Source of the DNA: Pavona decussata
Taxonomy: Eukaryota
Assembly: GCA_977016875.1 (NCBI GenBank)
Contig: CDRNST010000090.1
Location: 1,612,001-1,676,000, forward strand
Direction of reading: 5' to 3'
Length of the DNA: 64,000 nt
The notes under the pieces are model-generated. The model saw only the letters and a list, made by a program, of their open reading frames with translations. It was not told the DNA's origin and made no database searches. The position numbers and the translations under genes are program-made. This document shows positions 35,809-49,613 of the stretch, piece after piece. Position 1 is the first letter of the stretch. Every line of letters starts with the position of its first letter.

Positions 35809-36049
35809 GGCCGGGTTGTTCGAAAGCCGATTAACGCTAATCTACGATTAAAAGTTAATCGAGGTTTTCATCTCGCTCATTTAAAGTGGTTTTAAAGCCT
35901 AATTCAAGCTTAAGGTAAAGAAAAGTCAAGTCAAACCTGAGGGCCAAAAATCTTTTGGAAGAATCTTTACCGATTAGTAATTAATTAAACTTGAATCAAA
36001 GTTCACGTTAATCCAAGATAAGCTTAATCGGGCTTTGAACAACTGGGCC
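35809..36049. mobile_element. PIF/Harbinger-like MITE (also ~44431-44671 and ~57915-58155)
   Basis: GGCCGGGTTGTTCGAAAG ... CTTTGAACAACTGGGCC termini; same family as 1345-1988. Confidence 0.75.
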
Positions 36050-36109
36050 CTAATTCTAATGTGCTAAAAGAAAAAACAAACAAACAAACAAAAAACAAAA
36101 CAACAAAAA

Positions 36110-36364
36110 CATTAAAATAAAAAATAAGTAATAAATACTTTGTTTATAGTGGAAATGCACTTAGCTACCCAAAGCTAGTTTACAGGCATTCCACACTCAG
36201 AAATAATGGGAAACAAATAATCAAATCGAACATAATATGTTAAAAATCCCAACTGGCAGGAGGCAAACCAGCTGGCTATTTACAAGCGCGGCCGAGGCGG
36301 GACTTGAACCCGGGACCTCCGGATTTCAAGTCCGGCGCCCTTACCACTGGGCCACGCCGCCTCC
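36110..36364 (-). mobile_element. tRNA-derived SINE present only after GPCR copy 1
   Basis: tRNA-like head with A-box TGGCCCAGTGG and B-box GGTTCAAGTCC, a body and an AT-rich tail; absent at the homologous sites ~44737 and ~58221. Confidence 0.8.
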
Positions 36365-39300
36365 TTGGAATCGATGTTTAAATGATACTTGAATTGCAAA
36401 TTTAATTGAAGGTTTATGATAAATTTTATACAATGTGTAGTTGATTTTGATTGGTTTCAAACGGTTTTGAACGATTCCGGCGATCAATGAATAGGCACTG
36501 ATTGATAGCTATGATTTTCGTTTCACGGCTACAAAACTGTGGCAAATCGTAGAAAATCGTGGATAACAGCTTGTAAATCGAGGCAATCAAGACCTTACAT
36601 AAGAAAACCCTAGTTAGTTCTTACTTAAGGACAAAATATCACTAACACAGTGTCCCAATCACTATTTCAACGAGAACAGTTTGACGACTTTTAAATTTAG
36701 GACTGATGTGTAGATAAAATGGCGCACGGGCAAAGTGCAAATATTTCTGGTGTGCTGGTAGATGTTACTTCAGATTCGAATCCTAATTAATTCATCCCAT
36801 GTTAGCTTTCTTTTCTGTTTTTATTTTCTTTTAATTTTCGAGAAGTCCATTTTCAATAGCTGTTTTTATTTCCGGACAGAATTCACTGCTTCGTTAATTA
36901 TAACCATAGTTTCTACCTAGTTGGTAGTTTACATCTTATGGATGTATCTTTTACATCTATAAAGCTACTGGTAACATCAGTGTACAGAGTTCAGACAATC
37001 TTAGACGCTTTATACGAACACCGGTTGATAAGGACAACGAACACTTTTCAGTGAACCTTTTGACATGCTCTTATGTATATGTAATCGCATGAGGCCAAGT
37101 AGAATTTTAAGGATTAATTTTCACGGGCTTTACATAGAGGGCAACATTTTCTTAAAACTAGCGAGCCACTTCGTAAAACAGTCAGCCCCGGCCTAGCGTG
37201 GAAACACTCACCCGTGAGCGAAACAAACAAACAATTCACCTGTTTCTTAGCATACAAAAAAGACAAAACGAGAAAAGTTGATTGTTATATAGGTGTAATT
37301 AAGAGAAAATATAAGTTTCATTCATGAGCAAACTAACAACAATTAAACCAATGTTAGGCATCAACTGAGTAACTTTTATTCACCTGCACTGTGAAGTTTT
37401 CTAAAGCCGGCGACACACCTGGCGATTTTATACGCCGATCGCGGCGAATATGATCGCTAGCGAAAATCGCTTACGAATTTCGCCACCGATTGATGCGGAC
37501 TCACTTGGCGATTTTTGTGGCCGATCGCGGCGATGTGGCAGTTTCGAAAAGTCATGTGATAAAATCTCCCAACCTGATGGGCTGACTTTACTGGCGATTC
37601 GTAGCAATAAACGTAGAAAATTGCGGGAACGGGCACACTTGGCAAATGCTGGCGAATTTAATGGCCGATATCTAACATGCCAGATATCAGCGATTTTATA
37701 CGCCGATCGCGGCGATCGGCGAGAATTGCCAGGTGTGCCCGGTGCAGCGATTGTGGTTTTCGCCGATCGCTGCGATCGTGGGTCCAAAGAAGGAACTTGC
37801 AGAGTAATTTCTTCCACTGAATTTAACCTGTTCCTTCCTCCCAAACAACCAAAACAACCAAACAAATCCAACCAAGTTTTTAGGGTCGTAACGAGATATA
37901 TTTTTCCCCGACTGATCCCACATTTTGGCCTTAAATTTTGATCCCTGATTCCAAAATCTTTATAAATCTTTATCCCTGACCCCGTGAAAATTAGTTGATC
38001 ACTGGGTTGACCTCAAACGCGGAATCTGGGTAGGACAAACGGCGTATAATTGTTGGTTGATTAAACCTGAATAACCTACAAAATGGGTAAATGAAGTGTC
38101 GCTTGAGCTTTTAAACTTAGTCCCAGCATTCACGAAATGGAGAATGACTGAATGACAGTTTGACTCCCGTTAGTTCTTCAAGTTATGATTTCCTATCGGC
38201 ATAATAGTTCCATTTTACTGGTTGACCAACTCAGTTCAGTTGCACATCTAGTCATAACTCATTATCTGCTTATCCTAATTGTACTGATCTGAATTTTTTC
38301 TGGTTTGGTAACGCTGTGATATAATTGTAAGATGTTACGAGCTCACAGCTGAGATCGAATAAGCTTGAATCTAAAACTGAATAGTGCCTGCAAAACGGCT
38401 TTAGACATAAAATCATAAAGACTAGACATTTCTCAAAATGAAGTCTTCTGATATTATCTTGCCATGAATTATCCGTCCGCACTTGAAAGAAGGAAAACGA
38501 GATCACCATGAGGTCTCTTTGAAATAGATAATGGCTAATCTCGTACCCAGATCTCCCACGGCTGACATTCCCGAACCGACTGAGATCTGGGTACGAGATT
38601 AGATATTGGCTACCGCGGGGCTTGACTAACGATCTAGGAAACTACAGTATTCCACAGAACAAGAATGATTAGGTGGTACATGCCGTACCAGAATGAGAAA
38701 ATACGAATTTAATTTGGGCAGAGAAAGGAAACTTGAAAAAGAATTTTTTATCTTTCTTGATTTGCATCAATTTAATTTCAATGAGGAGCAAATTTGTCAT
38801 CAAAATTTTGGACGATTCCCTTGTCACCTTGTAAGCTTTGTGCATTACGTTTGGTAACTCGGACGTCTCAGCTACCTTCTCCTTAGCACAATCAGAGCAA
38901 GCTTCGTTATTTGCTGTATCTTCTCTTAACACTTCCATTTACCGCTTGATATTCTGCGGAAAGTAATTTGTGTTGAGAGCTTGGATTATGCTTAAGGCTA
39001 GCAAGAGACCATATATGGTCTCTTGAGCTTGGTCAGAAATAAAAAATACAATAGTAGTGTACAGTACCAAGTGTGATAACGAGTTCTTTGATAACAGGAT
39101 TTTGTCTTGAAAAAGACTTTGTCTTTCACTGTCGAAAGGGTATGTATATGTCTCTGCAAATGAAGACGTCTTTGTTAAATGTATTATTCAAAGGCCAAGC
39201 ACCATCCTCGTATGATAGATTTAGACAGAGGGAAAACGTTGGCAAAAGGCAATGTCCTTTGTATGAATTTTTTTCCTAAGTCCTTATTCAGCAGTCAAAG

Positions 39301-39810
39301 ACCCAGACCAATTCGGTAGATCAGTCACTGCAGTTATGTATAGCTCCAACAAACTGAGTCAATCACAGCAGAGAGTCACTGATATATACTAAAAAAAGGG
39401 CAACATGGTATAAATATATTTAAGAATTCAGGAAAATATCCACGTTTTGTAGTCAAGCTAGTCCAGCAGATCGTATTGCATACAGTTTAGAACCGGAACA
39501 AAATGTTACTGCAAAAATACATTTGAATTTGTAAACGGTGGAAGTTCTTTCCGTCCAATTAAACTGAATTTTGTCATTTTATGATATTTGATTTTCTGTC
39601 GGAAAACTTGATCCCTGATCCCCCTGCAACACTACTGATCCCGATCCCACGGCTTGTCTGATCCCAGATCCAACCCCATTCTTTGCCTTTGATCTATGAT
39701 CCCATATACCTCATTACGACCCTGAAGTTTAAGCTTTTGACACTTATAATCTCTTGCTGTTTCTTGTAAGAAACGAAAGTTCACCTTAACGAATTTCCTT
39801 TGTAGCTGTA

Positions 39811-41207
39811 CAGGGGCGTAGCCAGGGGAGGGTTCCAGGGGTTCCGGAACCCCCCTCTCCTATTTTTGACAGTGATTTTATCCCAGCAAGAATGTATTGG
39901 ACTCTTGATTCCTGAAATTCTTCGTTTTGTTTTATGCTTACAATAAGTACAGTGAACGTCATTGTGGTATCTATTTGCGTTTCACTTATATTTTCGAATT
40001 CGAATTCCTGTGTAACAAGATGCACGTGTGTGCACAGCAGAAATGCCCGCGAAATTAGTAGACGATCCATTGGTGTTGTTCGAGCTGGTGGTTTTCGTAA
40101 CTATGCCCGATTGCAAAAGATCGATGCATTTTTTTCACCAAAAATGTAGGCACAACAAAATATTGAGTGATAATGCGTAAGGAATTCGAATTAAGACATT
40201 TTTCCGGCCCTAACATCGAATATATTGATAAAATTCCAATCCCAGAACCGAAGAGACAGAACGACGACAAAGCAGCGAAAGAGAAAGCGTCGAACCAGCA
40301 GAGGAAACAGGATATCCATCCAAGAAGTCAAAGGAGCAAAAGCAAAATAGCATTCTAAATTGTAGAGGAAAAATTTTAGAGTTAAGATCTTGCCCTGGCT
40401 TCTCGTTCGGCGTTGGCATTTGCTTGGTAACAGTACGACTGTTCGACTCTTTGGTTGTTATAATTAACAACACATTGCATCTGGGAAAGAAATACTCTAC
40501 ACTCTTTGAGAAATACAGGAATATTTCTATTGCTTATAAATCATGATTTCTGTGTTTTATCCTATAGCAAATCTAATAATTAGTTGACTAGTATTTAACC
40601 CTAACCCCAACAGTAATAATGTCACGGACGATCTCCAGGACTCCGAGACAACATCGAAGACAACTGGACCGAGTGGTTTGATCTGGCGATCACTACCGCG
40701 GCAAATGTAGGTGTTGTGCCTTTCATCCAGCCCTGGACCAATCAGCAGCAGCATCGCGACAATGTACCAGCCCAGACACCATCTGATTACTATAAGAGGG
40801 CAGTTGCTATTCCCCTTCTAGACCATCTACAATCAGAGATGAAAACATACTTCAATCCTACTAATGATGCTGTTTTGTCCAGCCTCTTTAATTTTTCTTC
40901 CTGAGCTGGTAGCCGTCGGAGACAGAAATCCTGACATTGAAGCAGCGCTCGAGTATTATGAGAACGACCTTTCTTCTCCTCATGTGGTTGATGTTGAGCT
41001 CCTGCGATGGAAGAGAAAGTGGTGCAGCACTGAGGCTGCCGACCTTCCCACCAGTGTAGTTCAGACACTCGCAGCGTGCGAGAGTTCCTTCCTAACATCC
41101 ACACCTTGATCCGCATTTTGTGCACGTTGCCGATAACGTCAGCTGAATGTAAGCGCTCATTCAGTACACTAAGAAGGTTAAAAACATACCTGAGGTCGAC
41201 CATGTCG
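39811..41207 (+). mobile_element. Truncated hAT transposon with frameshifted transposase remnant (hATC dimerisation domain)
   Basis: Left end CAGGGGCGTAGCCAG; fragments RDNVPAQTPSDYYKRAVAIPLLDHL and FPNIHTLIRILCTLPITSAECKRSFSTLRRLKTYLRSTMS; no right TIR. Confidence 0.85.
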
Positions 41208-41907
41208 GAAATATGAATTTAATTTTTCGCGCTAAACACATGCACTTGTCTTTTACACAGTTTTAATTGATGTTTAGCTACTAAGGCATATTGGTAACAT
41301 ATATAAATCAGTATATATATGCAGGTCATGTTTTTAATACCGTCTTGTCAGATTTTACTCATTTTAAGTTGCGTTCGATTGACCGTATTCCGGAATAAGA
41401 AAAAGAATAAATATAAATTTGGTAACACATTTCTGCAAACGTTCGCTGACACATGATAATTTAAGAGCGATTTAATTTTGTACCTCAGTAACATCAGAAA
41501 CCTCTTATGACAGATTTCTTGTGATCATTGTATGAATTTTTATTCCGGAATATGGTCAATCGAACGCATCCTTAATCATTGTTATTGGACATCTTTGATA
41601 TTACCATTTTATACGAATTGAATAGCCAGGTAATTTATGTTTCCTTCTTTTCTTCTACATCAACACCCTGTTTTCTCCGCGCTTGTGTTTTCGACTCATT
41701 CTGATGTGAAAAATTTCTGAATCACGGCCTGCTCCTTTTGAAAAAAGAAAAAAGCCATTTTAAAAAAGGAAGGAAGCCAGACTTTACTGCCCACTCAATG
41801 AAGCCGCAAGTTGGCAAATAAAAGGAGAAAAGCGTTAGGATCGAGAAGTTGAAAGTTAACTTTCGTGCATTGCCAGCTACTCTGTACCCAAAGAAAGTTC
41901 AGTTAGC

Positions 41908-43284
41908 ATGGACCCGAACGACGCCGAAGCAGCCACCAACTCCTCCATTGAAGCGTCAGAATTTTCCTGTTTCGGATTGTACGCTACATACATTACAGCG
42001 GGAGATGTGGTCGATAGTACACCTCTATGGATTGTTATCGGTTTGGTATGTCTTGCTTCTCCCATGATAGTGTTTTTAAACGCATTAGTGATCATAGCTT
42101 TGAGGCTAAGAAAAGAGCTGCAAAGACTTTCTTATGTTTTTTTATTGAACATAGCCATCTCAGACCTTCTAATAGGTGCTGTATGCATGCCTTTGGCTGC
42201 CATTGTTGACTCATTTGTTGCCCGCCAAACGCTCCCTGTACCAGAGTATATATGCGTATTAGAGATAGTGACTATAATCTTGATGTATATTTTTTATTGG
42301 AGTTCTCTTCTCCTTTTGACATTGATTGCTTGGGAGAGGTATGTGGCGATAAAAAAATGGAGAGAGTACAAGAGCATCGTTACTAAAAGCCAACTCAACA
42401 AACTAGTGATAATAGCTTGGGTGTCAGCCACATTTCTGGTTATTCCAGATGTTATTCTACTAACAGCAGTCAACGAGGACGATAGGTTCGACTTAACCGA
42501 CGCGTGGTTTGTCGTCAGTGCTATTTTGACAGTTTGTTCCCTGGTTCTTATCGTTTATTTCTATGTCAAGGTGTACTTTGGAATTCGCAATCGTACGCTA
42601 AGCCAAATTAGCCAGGTCACTTCTCTCATATCAGCAAAATTAAAGAAGAAAGTTGCAAAGATGACGGCCTTGGTGACAGCTGTCATGATAATCTCCTTAC
42701 TTCCAGTAACAGTTCTGCTTTTGTTGAGTGGAGTTTTTCCAGTCCTTGGCAAAAGATGGGCTTTTAGATTGCCGGAGATTCTAATGCAGTGCAACTCGAT
42801 AGCAAATCCATTAATTTACTGCTATGGAGATCGCCGCTTTAAGAAGGCTGTGTTGGAGCTCTTGAGAATCAGAAAACCAGGAACAAACCAACCCGCGCCA
42901 GTCGATGGTGTCCGATTTGTCAGCCGAAAAGGACGGTTTGGTTCAGTGGAAAATGTTATGGAGCTGAAAGAAGAAGTAAATCTCATGCATTTTACCAGAC
43001 GAGCATCCTGTGATCAAGCCATTGTCTTAGACTGTTCTCAACTGAAATCGGGCAATGTAGGTTTGAAAAGATCCATGTCGGCTCCGTCGCTCACTAAACT
43101 GTCATCAGCTGCTACCGGGAAAGATTCGCAGCCTGCTCGCTCACACATCGTAGAGTGCACTGCAATGATCCACTCTAGAAGGAAAGGACGAAAAAATTGC
43201 AAGGAAAAGGAATCCTTGGGAGTTACCCGAAGCTGTGAAGAGGGTGGCGGCACGGAAGGAATAGCGAAAGTTTCTGTTGACTGA
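41908..43284 (+). CDS. Intronless class A orphan GPCR, copy 2
   Basis: Same motifs as copy 1; 458 aa. Confidence 0.93.
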   Translation: MDPNDAEAATNSSIEASEFSCFGLYATYITAGDVVDSTPLWIVIGLVCLASPMIVFLNALVIIALRLRKELQRLSYVFLLNIAISDLLIGAVCMPLAAIVDSFVARQTLPVPEYICVLEIVTIILMYIFYWSSLLLLTLIAWERYVAIKKWREYKSIVTKSQLNKLVIIAWVSATFLVIPDVILLTAVNEDDRFDLTDAWFVVSAILTVCSLVLIVYFYVKVYFGIRNRTLSQISQVTSLISAKLKKKVAKMTALVTAVMIISLLPVTVLLLLSGVFPVLGKRWAFRLPEILMQCNSIANPLIYCYGDRRFKKAVLELLRIRKPGTNQPAPVDGVRFVSRKGRFGSVENVMELKEEVNLMHFTRRASCDQAIVLDCSQLKSGNVGLKRSMSAPSLTKLSSAATGKDSQPARSHIVECTAMIHSRRKGRKNCKEKESLGVTRSCEEGGGTEGIAKVSVD

Positions 43285-46200
43285 TTCAAGGGAAGATATC
43301 AAGGTGCTGCAAAACGAGAGAGACTAAAGGAACATTCACTTAAAAAGATCAGCATCTTGCGATTTGACTGTGGCTTATGTTACATTTCACAAACATCCCC
43401 ATCACTCCTGTAACAGATCGACAGAATTTTATTTTATTTTTTTACTTTTAATGGTCGCATTTGGAATGTAAATTTATTTCTCCTACAATAACGCGGCCTT
43501 CCTTAGATAGCTCGTTGATGGTTCACCGCCGTCATACTTTTGTGTGCAGCTTTTTACAAAATTATTCCCGTCTTAGGATAATGTTGCCATGCAAAGTCTG
43601 CACTGATTGTACTTGAGGGGAAGCTATCGCAGTTCGTAATTTTTCAGCTATGAGATTGGATTTGTAAGATGTCATAAAAACAAAACAAAAGAATACAAAA
43701 CATATCACTTGAGTGTTTTGTTGTAGAAAACGCGGAAACTTATTATTCCTGGTAAGGATTCAAAATTATTATTCAGCTTCAGTACATATACCGTAACATG
43801 GTTAAATTTCCTCATGTTGGTGTTGGGTCTATCTTCTCTTCCTTAAAAAACGAAAACCACAAATAGCGCTACCGTAAAAGTTCATGCGTCATCGTATTTG
43901 TGTCAAGACGAAGTCATCAGTGGAAGATTGTTATTTTGTTTGTTCTAATGAAAATAGATAAGGAAAGCTAAGAAAGATGGCTTAAATAGTTGATTGATTT
44001 CCGTTCCGTTCACGGCTGCAAATACTATATAGTGTTTTGGGTTTGTGGTGCATGTGGGAAGGATGCTAAAATTTTTGATATTTTTAGTCCGTTCGTGCAA
44101 ATTGATAGAAAAAAAAAAGAACAACAACAACAACAACAACAACAAAAGAAACAAAACAAAAAAAAACAAAAGATAACAAAAACAGTGAATAATTTTTTCG
44201 TCAAAATAGTTATTTGAATGAAAACATTTACGATGTAGCCTCCCATGCAGTGGTTTTAGGTGGAGTCGTATTACCTACAATCTTGGACAGAATAGTAAAA
44301 AGAGAAAGTAAAAAACAACACAATGATGAATTCAGGCATAAAGCAAAACGCGCCATTTTTCCATCATTGAAATGCGCCGGCGGTTGGATGGTCTTAATTT
44401 ATCATTTGAATTGTCCAAGATTGTCTCCTGGGCCGGGTTGTTCGAAAGCTGATTAACGCTAATCTACGATTAAAAGTTAATCGAGGTTTTCATCTCGCTC
44501 ATTAAAAGCGGTTTTAAAGCCTAATTCAAGCTTAAGGTAAAGAAAAGTCAAGTCAAACCTGAGGGCCAAAAATCTTTTGGAAGAATCTTTACCGATTAGT
44601 AATTAATTAAACTTGAATCAAAGTTCACGTTAATCCAGGATAAGCTTAATCGGACTTTGAACAACTGGGCCCTAATTCTAACGTGCTAAAAGAAAAAACA
44701 AACAAACAAGCAAACAAAAAAGAAAACTACAAAAACGTTGGAATCGATGTTGAAATGATACTTAAAAATTAATGGAAGGTTTATGATAAATTTTATACAA
44801 TGTGTAGTTGATTTTGATTGGTTTCAAACGGTTTTCAGTGAACGATTCCGGCGATCAATGAATAGGCACAGATTGATAGCTATGATTTTCGTTTCACGGC
44901 TACAAAACTGTGGCAAATCGTAGAAAATCGTGGATAACAGCTTGTAAATCAAGGCAATCAAGACCTTACATAAGAAAACCGTAGTTAATTCTTACTTATG
45001 GACAAAATATCAATAACACAGTGTCTCAATCACTATTTCAACGACAACAGTTTGACGACTTTTAAATTTACGACTGATGTGTAGATAAAATGGCGCACGG
45101 GCAAAGTGCAAATATTTCTGGTGTGCTGGTAGATGTTACTCCGCTTCAGATTCTAATCCCAATTAATTCTTCCCATGTTAGCTTTCTTTCCTGTTTTTAT
45201 TTTCTTTTAATTTTCGAGAAGTCCATTTTCAATAGCTGTTTTCATTTCCGGACAGAATTCACTGCTTCGTTAACCTTAAGTTGCAATGGTAGTTTACATC
45301 TTATGGATCTATCTCAGTTTTACATCTATAAAGCTACTGGTAACATCAGTGTAAAGCTCAGACAATATAATCTTAGACGCTTTATAAGAACACCGGTTTA
45401 TAAGGACAACGAACACTTTTCAGGGAACCTTTTGACATGCTCTTATGTATATGTAATCGCATGAGGCCAAGTAGAATTAAGGATTAATTTTCACGGGCTT
45501 TACATAAAGGGCAACATTTTCTTAAAACTAGCGAGCCACCTCGTAAAACACTCACCCGTGAGCAAAACAAACAAACAAACAATTCACCTGTTTCTTAGCA
45601 TACAAAAAAGACAAAACGAGAAAAGTTGATTGTTCTGTATAGGTGTAATTAAGAAAAAATATAAGTTTCATTCATGAGCAAACTAAAAACAATTAAACCA
45701 AATGTCAGGCATCAACTGAATGACTTTTATTCACCTGTACTGTGAAGCTTTCTAAAGCCGGCGACACACCTGGCGTTTTTATACGCCGATCGCGGCGGAT
45801 ATGATCGCCAGCGAAAATCGCTTGCAAACTTCGCCCCCGGTTAATGCGGACTCACTTGGCGATTTTTGTGGCCGATTGCGGCGATGTGACAGTTTCGAAA
45901 AGTCATGTGATAAAATCTCCCAACCTGATGGGTTGACTTTACTGGCGATTCGTAGCAATAAACGTAGAAAATTGCGGGAACGGGCACACTTGGCAAATGC
46001 TGGCGAATTTAATGGCCGATATCTAACATGCCAGATATCAGCGATTTTATACGCCGATCGCGGCGATCGGCGAGAATTGCCAGGTGTGCCCGGTGCAGCG
46101 ATTGTGGTTTTCGCCGATCGCTGCGATCGTGGGTCCAAAGAAGGAACTTGCAGAGTAATTTCTTCCACTGAATTTAACCTGTTCCTTCCTCCCAAACAAC

Positions 46201-48216
46201 CAAAACAACCAAACAAATCCAACCAAGTTTTTAGGGTCGTAACGAGATATATTTTTCCCCGACTGATCCCACATTTTGGCCTTAAATTTTGATCCCTGAT
46301 TCCAAAATCTTTATAAATCTTTATCCCTGACCCCGTGAAAATTAGTTGATCACTGGGTTGACCTCAAACGCGGAATCTGGGTAGGACAAACGGCGTATAA
46401 TTGTTGGTTGATTAAACCTGAATAACCTACAAAATGGGTAAATGAAGTGTCGCTTGAGTTTTTAAACTTAGTCCCAGCATTCACGAAATGGAGAATGACT
46501 GAATGACAGTTTGACTCCCGTTAGTTCTTCAAGTTATGATTTCCTATCGGCATAATAGTTCCATTTTACTGGTTGACCAACTCAGTTCAGTTGCACATCT
46601 AGTCATAACTCATTATCTGCTTATCCTAATTGTACTGATCTGAATTTTTTCTGGTTTGGTAACGCTGTGATATAATTGTAAGATGTTACGAGCTCACAGC
46701 TGAGATCGAATAAGCTTGAATCTAAAACTGAATAGTGCCTGCAAAACGGCTTTAGACATAAAGTAGTGCGCGTAACGCGCGATCGAGCTATGAATCCAGC
46801 ATTCCGTTAGGTTCTTTATCATAAAGACTAGACATTTCTCAAAATGAAGTCTTCTGATATTATCTTGCCATGAATTATCCGTCCGCACTTGAAAGAAGGA
46901 AAACGAGATCACCATGAGGTCTCTTTGAAATAGATAATGGCTAATCTCGTACCCAGATCTCCCACGGCTGACATTCCCGAACCGACTGAGATCTGGGTAC
47001 GAGATTAGATATTGGCTACCGCGGGGCTTGACTAACGATCTAGGAAACTACAGTATTCCACAGAACAAGAATGATTAGGTGGTACATGCCGTACCAGAAT
47101 GAGAAAATACGAATTTAATTTGGGCAGAGAAAGGAAACTTGAAAAAGAATTTTTTATCTTTCTTGATTTGCATCAATTTAATTTCAATGAGGAGCAAATT
47201 TGTCATCAAAATTTTGGACGATTCCCTTGTCACCTTGTAAGCTTTGTGCATTACGTTTGGTAACTCGGACGTCTCAGCTACCTTCTCCTTAGCACAATCA
47301 GAGCAAGCTTCGTTATTTGCTGTATCTTCTCTTAACACTTCCATTTACCGCTTGATATTCTGCGGAAAGTAATTTGTGTTGAGAGCTTGGATTATGCTTA
47401 AGGCTAGCAAGAGACCATATATGGTCTCTTGAGCTTGGTCAGAAATAAAAAATACAATAGTAGTGTACAGTACCAAGTGTGATAACGAGTTCTTTGATAA
47501 CAGGATTTTGTCTTGAAAAAGACTTTGTCTTTCACTGTCGAAAGGGTATGTATATGTCTCTGCAAATGAAGACGTCTTTGTTAAATGTATTATTCAAAGG
47601 CCAAGCACCATCCTCGTATGATAGATTTAGACAGAGGGAAAACGTTGGCAAAAGGCAATGTCCTTTGTATGAATTTTTTTCCTAAGTCCTTATTCAGCAG
47701 TCAAAGACCCAGACCAATTCGGTAGATCAGTCACTGCAGTTATGTATAGCTCCAACAAACTGAGTCAATCACAGCAGAGAGTCACTGATATATACTAAAA
47801 AAAGGGCAACATGGTATAAATATATTTAAGAATTCAGGAAAATATCCACGTTTTGTAGTCAAGCTAGTCCAGCAGATCGTATTGCATACAGTTTAGAACC
47901 GGAACAAAATGTTACTGCAAAAATACATTTGAATTTGTAAACGGTGGAAGTTCTTTCCGTCCAATTAAACTGAATTTTGTCATTTTATGATATTTGATTT
48001 TCTGTCGGAAAACTTGATCCCTGATCCCCCTGCAACACTACTGATCCCGATCCCACGGCTTGTCTGATCCCAGATCCAACCCCATTCTTTGCCTTTGATC
48101 TATGATCCCATATACCTCATTACGACCCTGAAGTTTAAGCTTTTGACACTTATAATCTCTTGCTGTTTCTTGTAAGAAACGAAAGTTCACCTTAACGAAT
48201 TTCCTTTGTAGCTGTA

Positions 48217-49613
48217 CAGGGGCGTAGCCAGGGGAGGGTTCCAGGGGTTCCGGAACCCCCCTCTCCTATTTTTGACAGTGATTTTATCCCAGCAAGAATG
48301 TATTGGACTCTTGATTCCTGAAATTCTTCGTTTTGTTTTATGCTTACAATAAGTACAGTGAACGTCATTGTGGTATCTATTTGCGTTTCACTTATATTTT
48401 CGAATTCGAATTCCTGTGTAACAAGATGCACGTGTGTGCACAGCAGAAATGCCCGCGAAATTAGTAGACGATCCATTGGTGTTGTTCGAGCTGGTGGTTT
48501 TCGTAACTATGCCCGATTGCAAAAGATCGATGCATTTTTTTCACCAAAAATGTAGGCACAACAAAATATTGAGTGATAATGCGTAAGGAATTCGAATTAA
48601 GACATTTTTCCGGCCCTAACATCGAATATATTGATAAAATTCCAATCCCAGAACCGAAGAGACAGAACGACGACAAAGCAGCGAAAGAGAAAGCGTCGAA
48701 CCAGCAGAGGAAACAGGATATCCATCCAAGAAGTCAAAGGAGCAAAAGCAAAATAGCATTCTAAATTGTAGAGGAAAAATTTTAGAGTTAAGATCTTGCC
48801 CTGGCTTCTCGTTCGGCGTTGGCATTTGCTTGGTAACAGTACGACTGTTCGACTCTTTGGTTGTTATAATTAACAACACATTGCATCTGGGAAAGAAATA
48901 CTCTACACTCTTTGAGAAATACAGGAATATTTCTATTGCTTATAAATCATGATTTCTGTGTTTTATCCTATAGCAAATCTAATAATTAGTTGACTAGTAT
49001 TTAACCCTAACCCCAACAGTAATAATGTCACGGACGATCTCCAGGACTCCGAGACAACATCGAAGACAACTGGACCGAGTGGTTTGATCTGGCGATCACT
49101 ACCGCGGCAAATGTAGGTGTTGTGCCTTTCATCCAGCCCTGGACCAATCAGCAGCAGCATCGCGACAATGTACCAGCCCAGACACCATCTGATTACTATA
49201 AGAGGGCAGTTGCTATTCCCCTTCTAGACCATCTACAATCAGAGATGAAAACATACTTCAATCCTACTAATGATGCTGTTTTGTCCAGCCTCTTTAATTT
49301 TTCTTCCTGAGCTGGTAGCCGTCGGAGACAGAAATCCTGACATTGAAGCAGCGCTCGAGTATTATGAGAACGACCTTTCTTCTCCTCATGTGGTTGATGT
49401 TGAGCTCCTGCGATGGAAGAGAAAGTGGTGCAGCACTGAGGCTGCCGACCTTCCCACCAGTGTAGTTCAGACACTCGCAGCGTGCGAGAGTTCCTTCCTA
49501 ACATCCACACCTTGATCCGCATTTTGTGCACGTTGCCGATAACGTCAGCTGAATGTAAGCGCTCATTCAGTACACTAAGAAGGTTAAAAACATACCTGAG
49601 GTCGACCATGTCG
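48217..49613 (+). mobile_element. Truncated hAT transposon, duplicate of 39811-41207
   Basis: Essentially identical at offset 8406. Confidence 0.85.

Noticed and set aside
36290-36361. tRNA-like cloverleaf on the minus strand with TGA anticodon
   Set aside because: Two mismatches in the acceptor stem, one in the T stem, no long variable arm expected for tRNA-Ser, and it continues into a SINE body and tail.
38669-39279. ORFs inside the 1.9 kb TIR element
   Set aside because: May be decayed coding remnants, but frames are not conserved among the four copies and I recognise no family motif.
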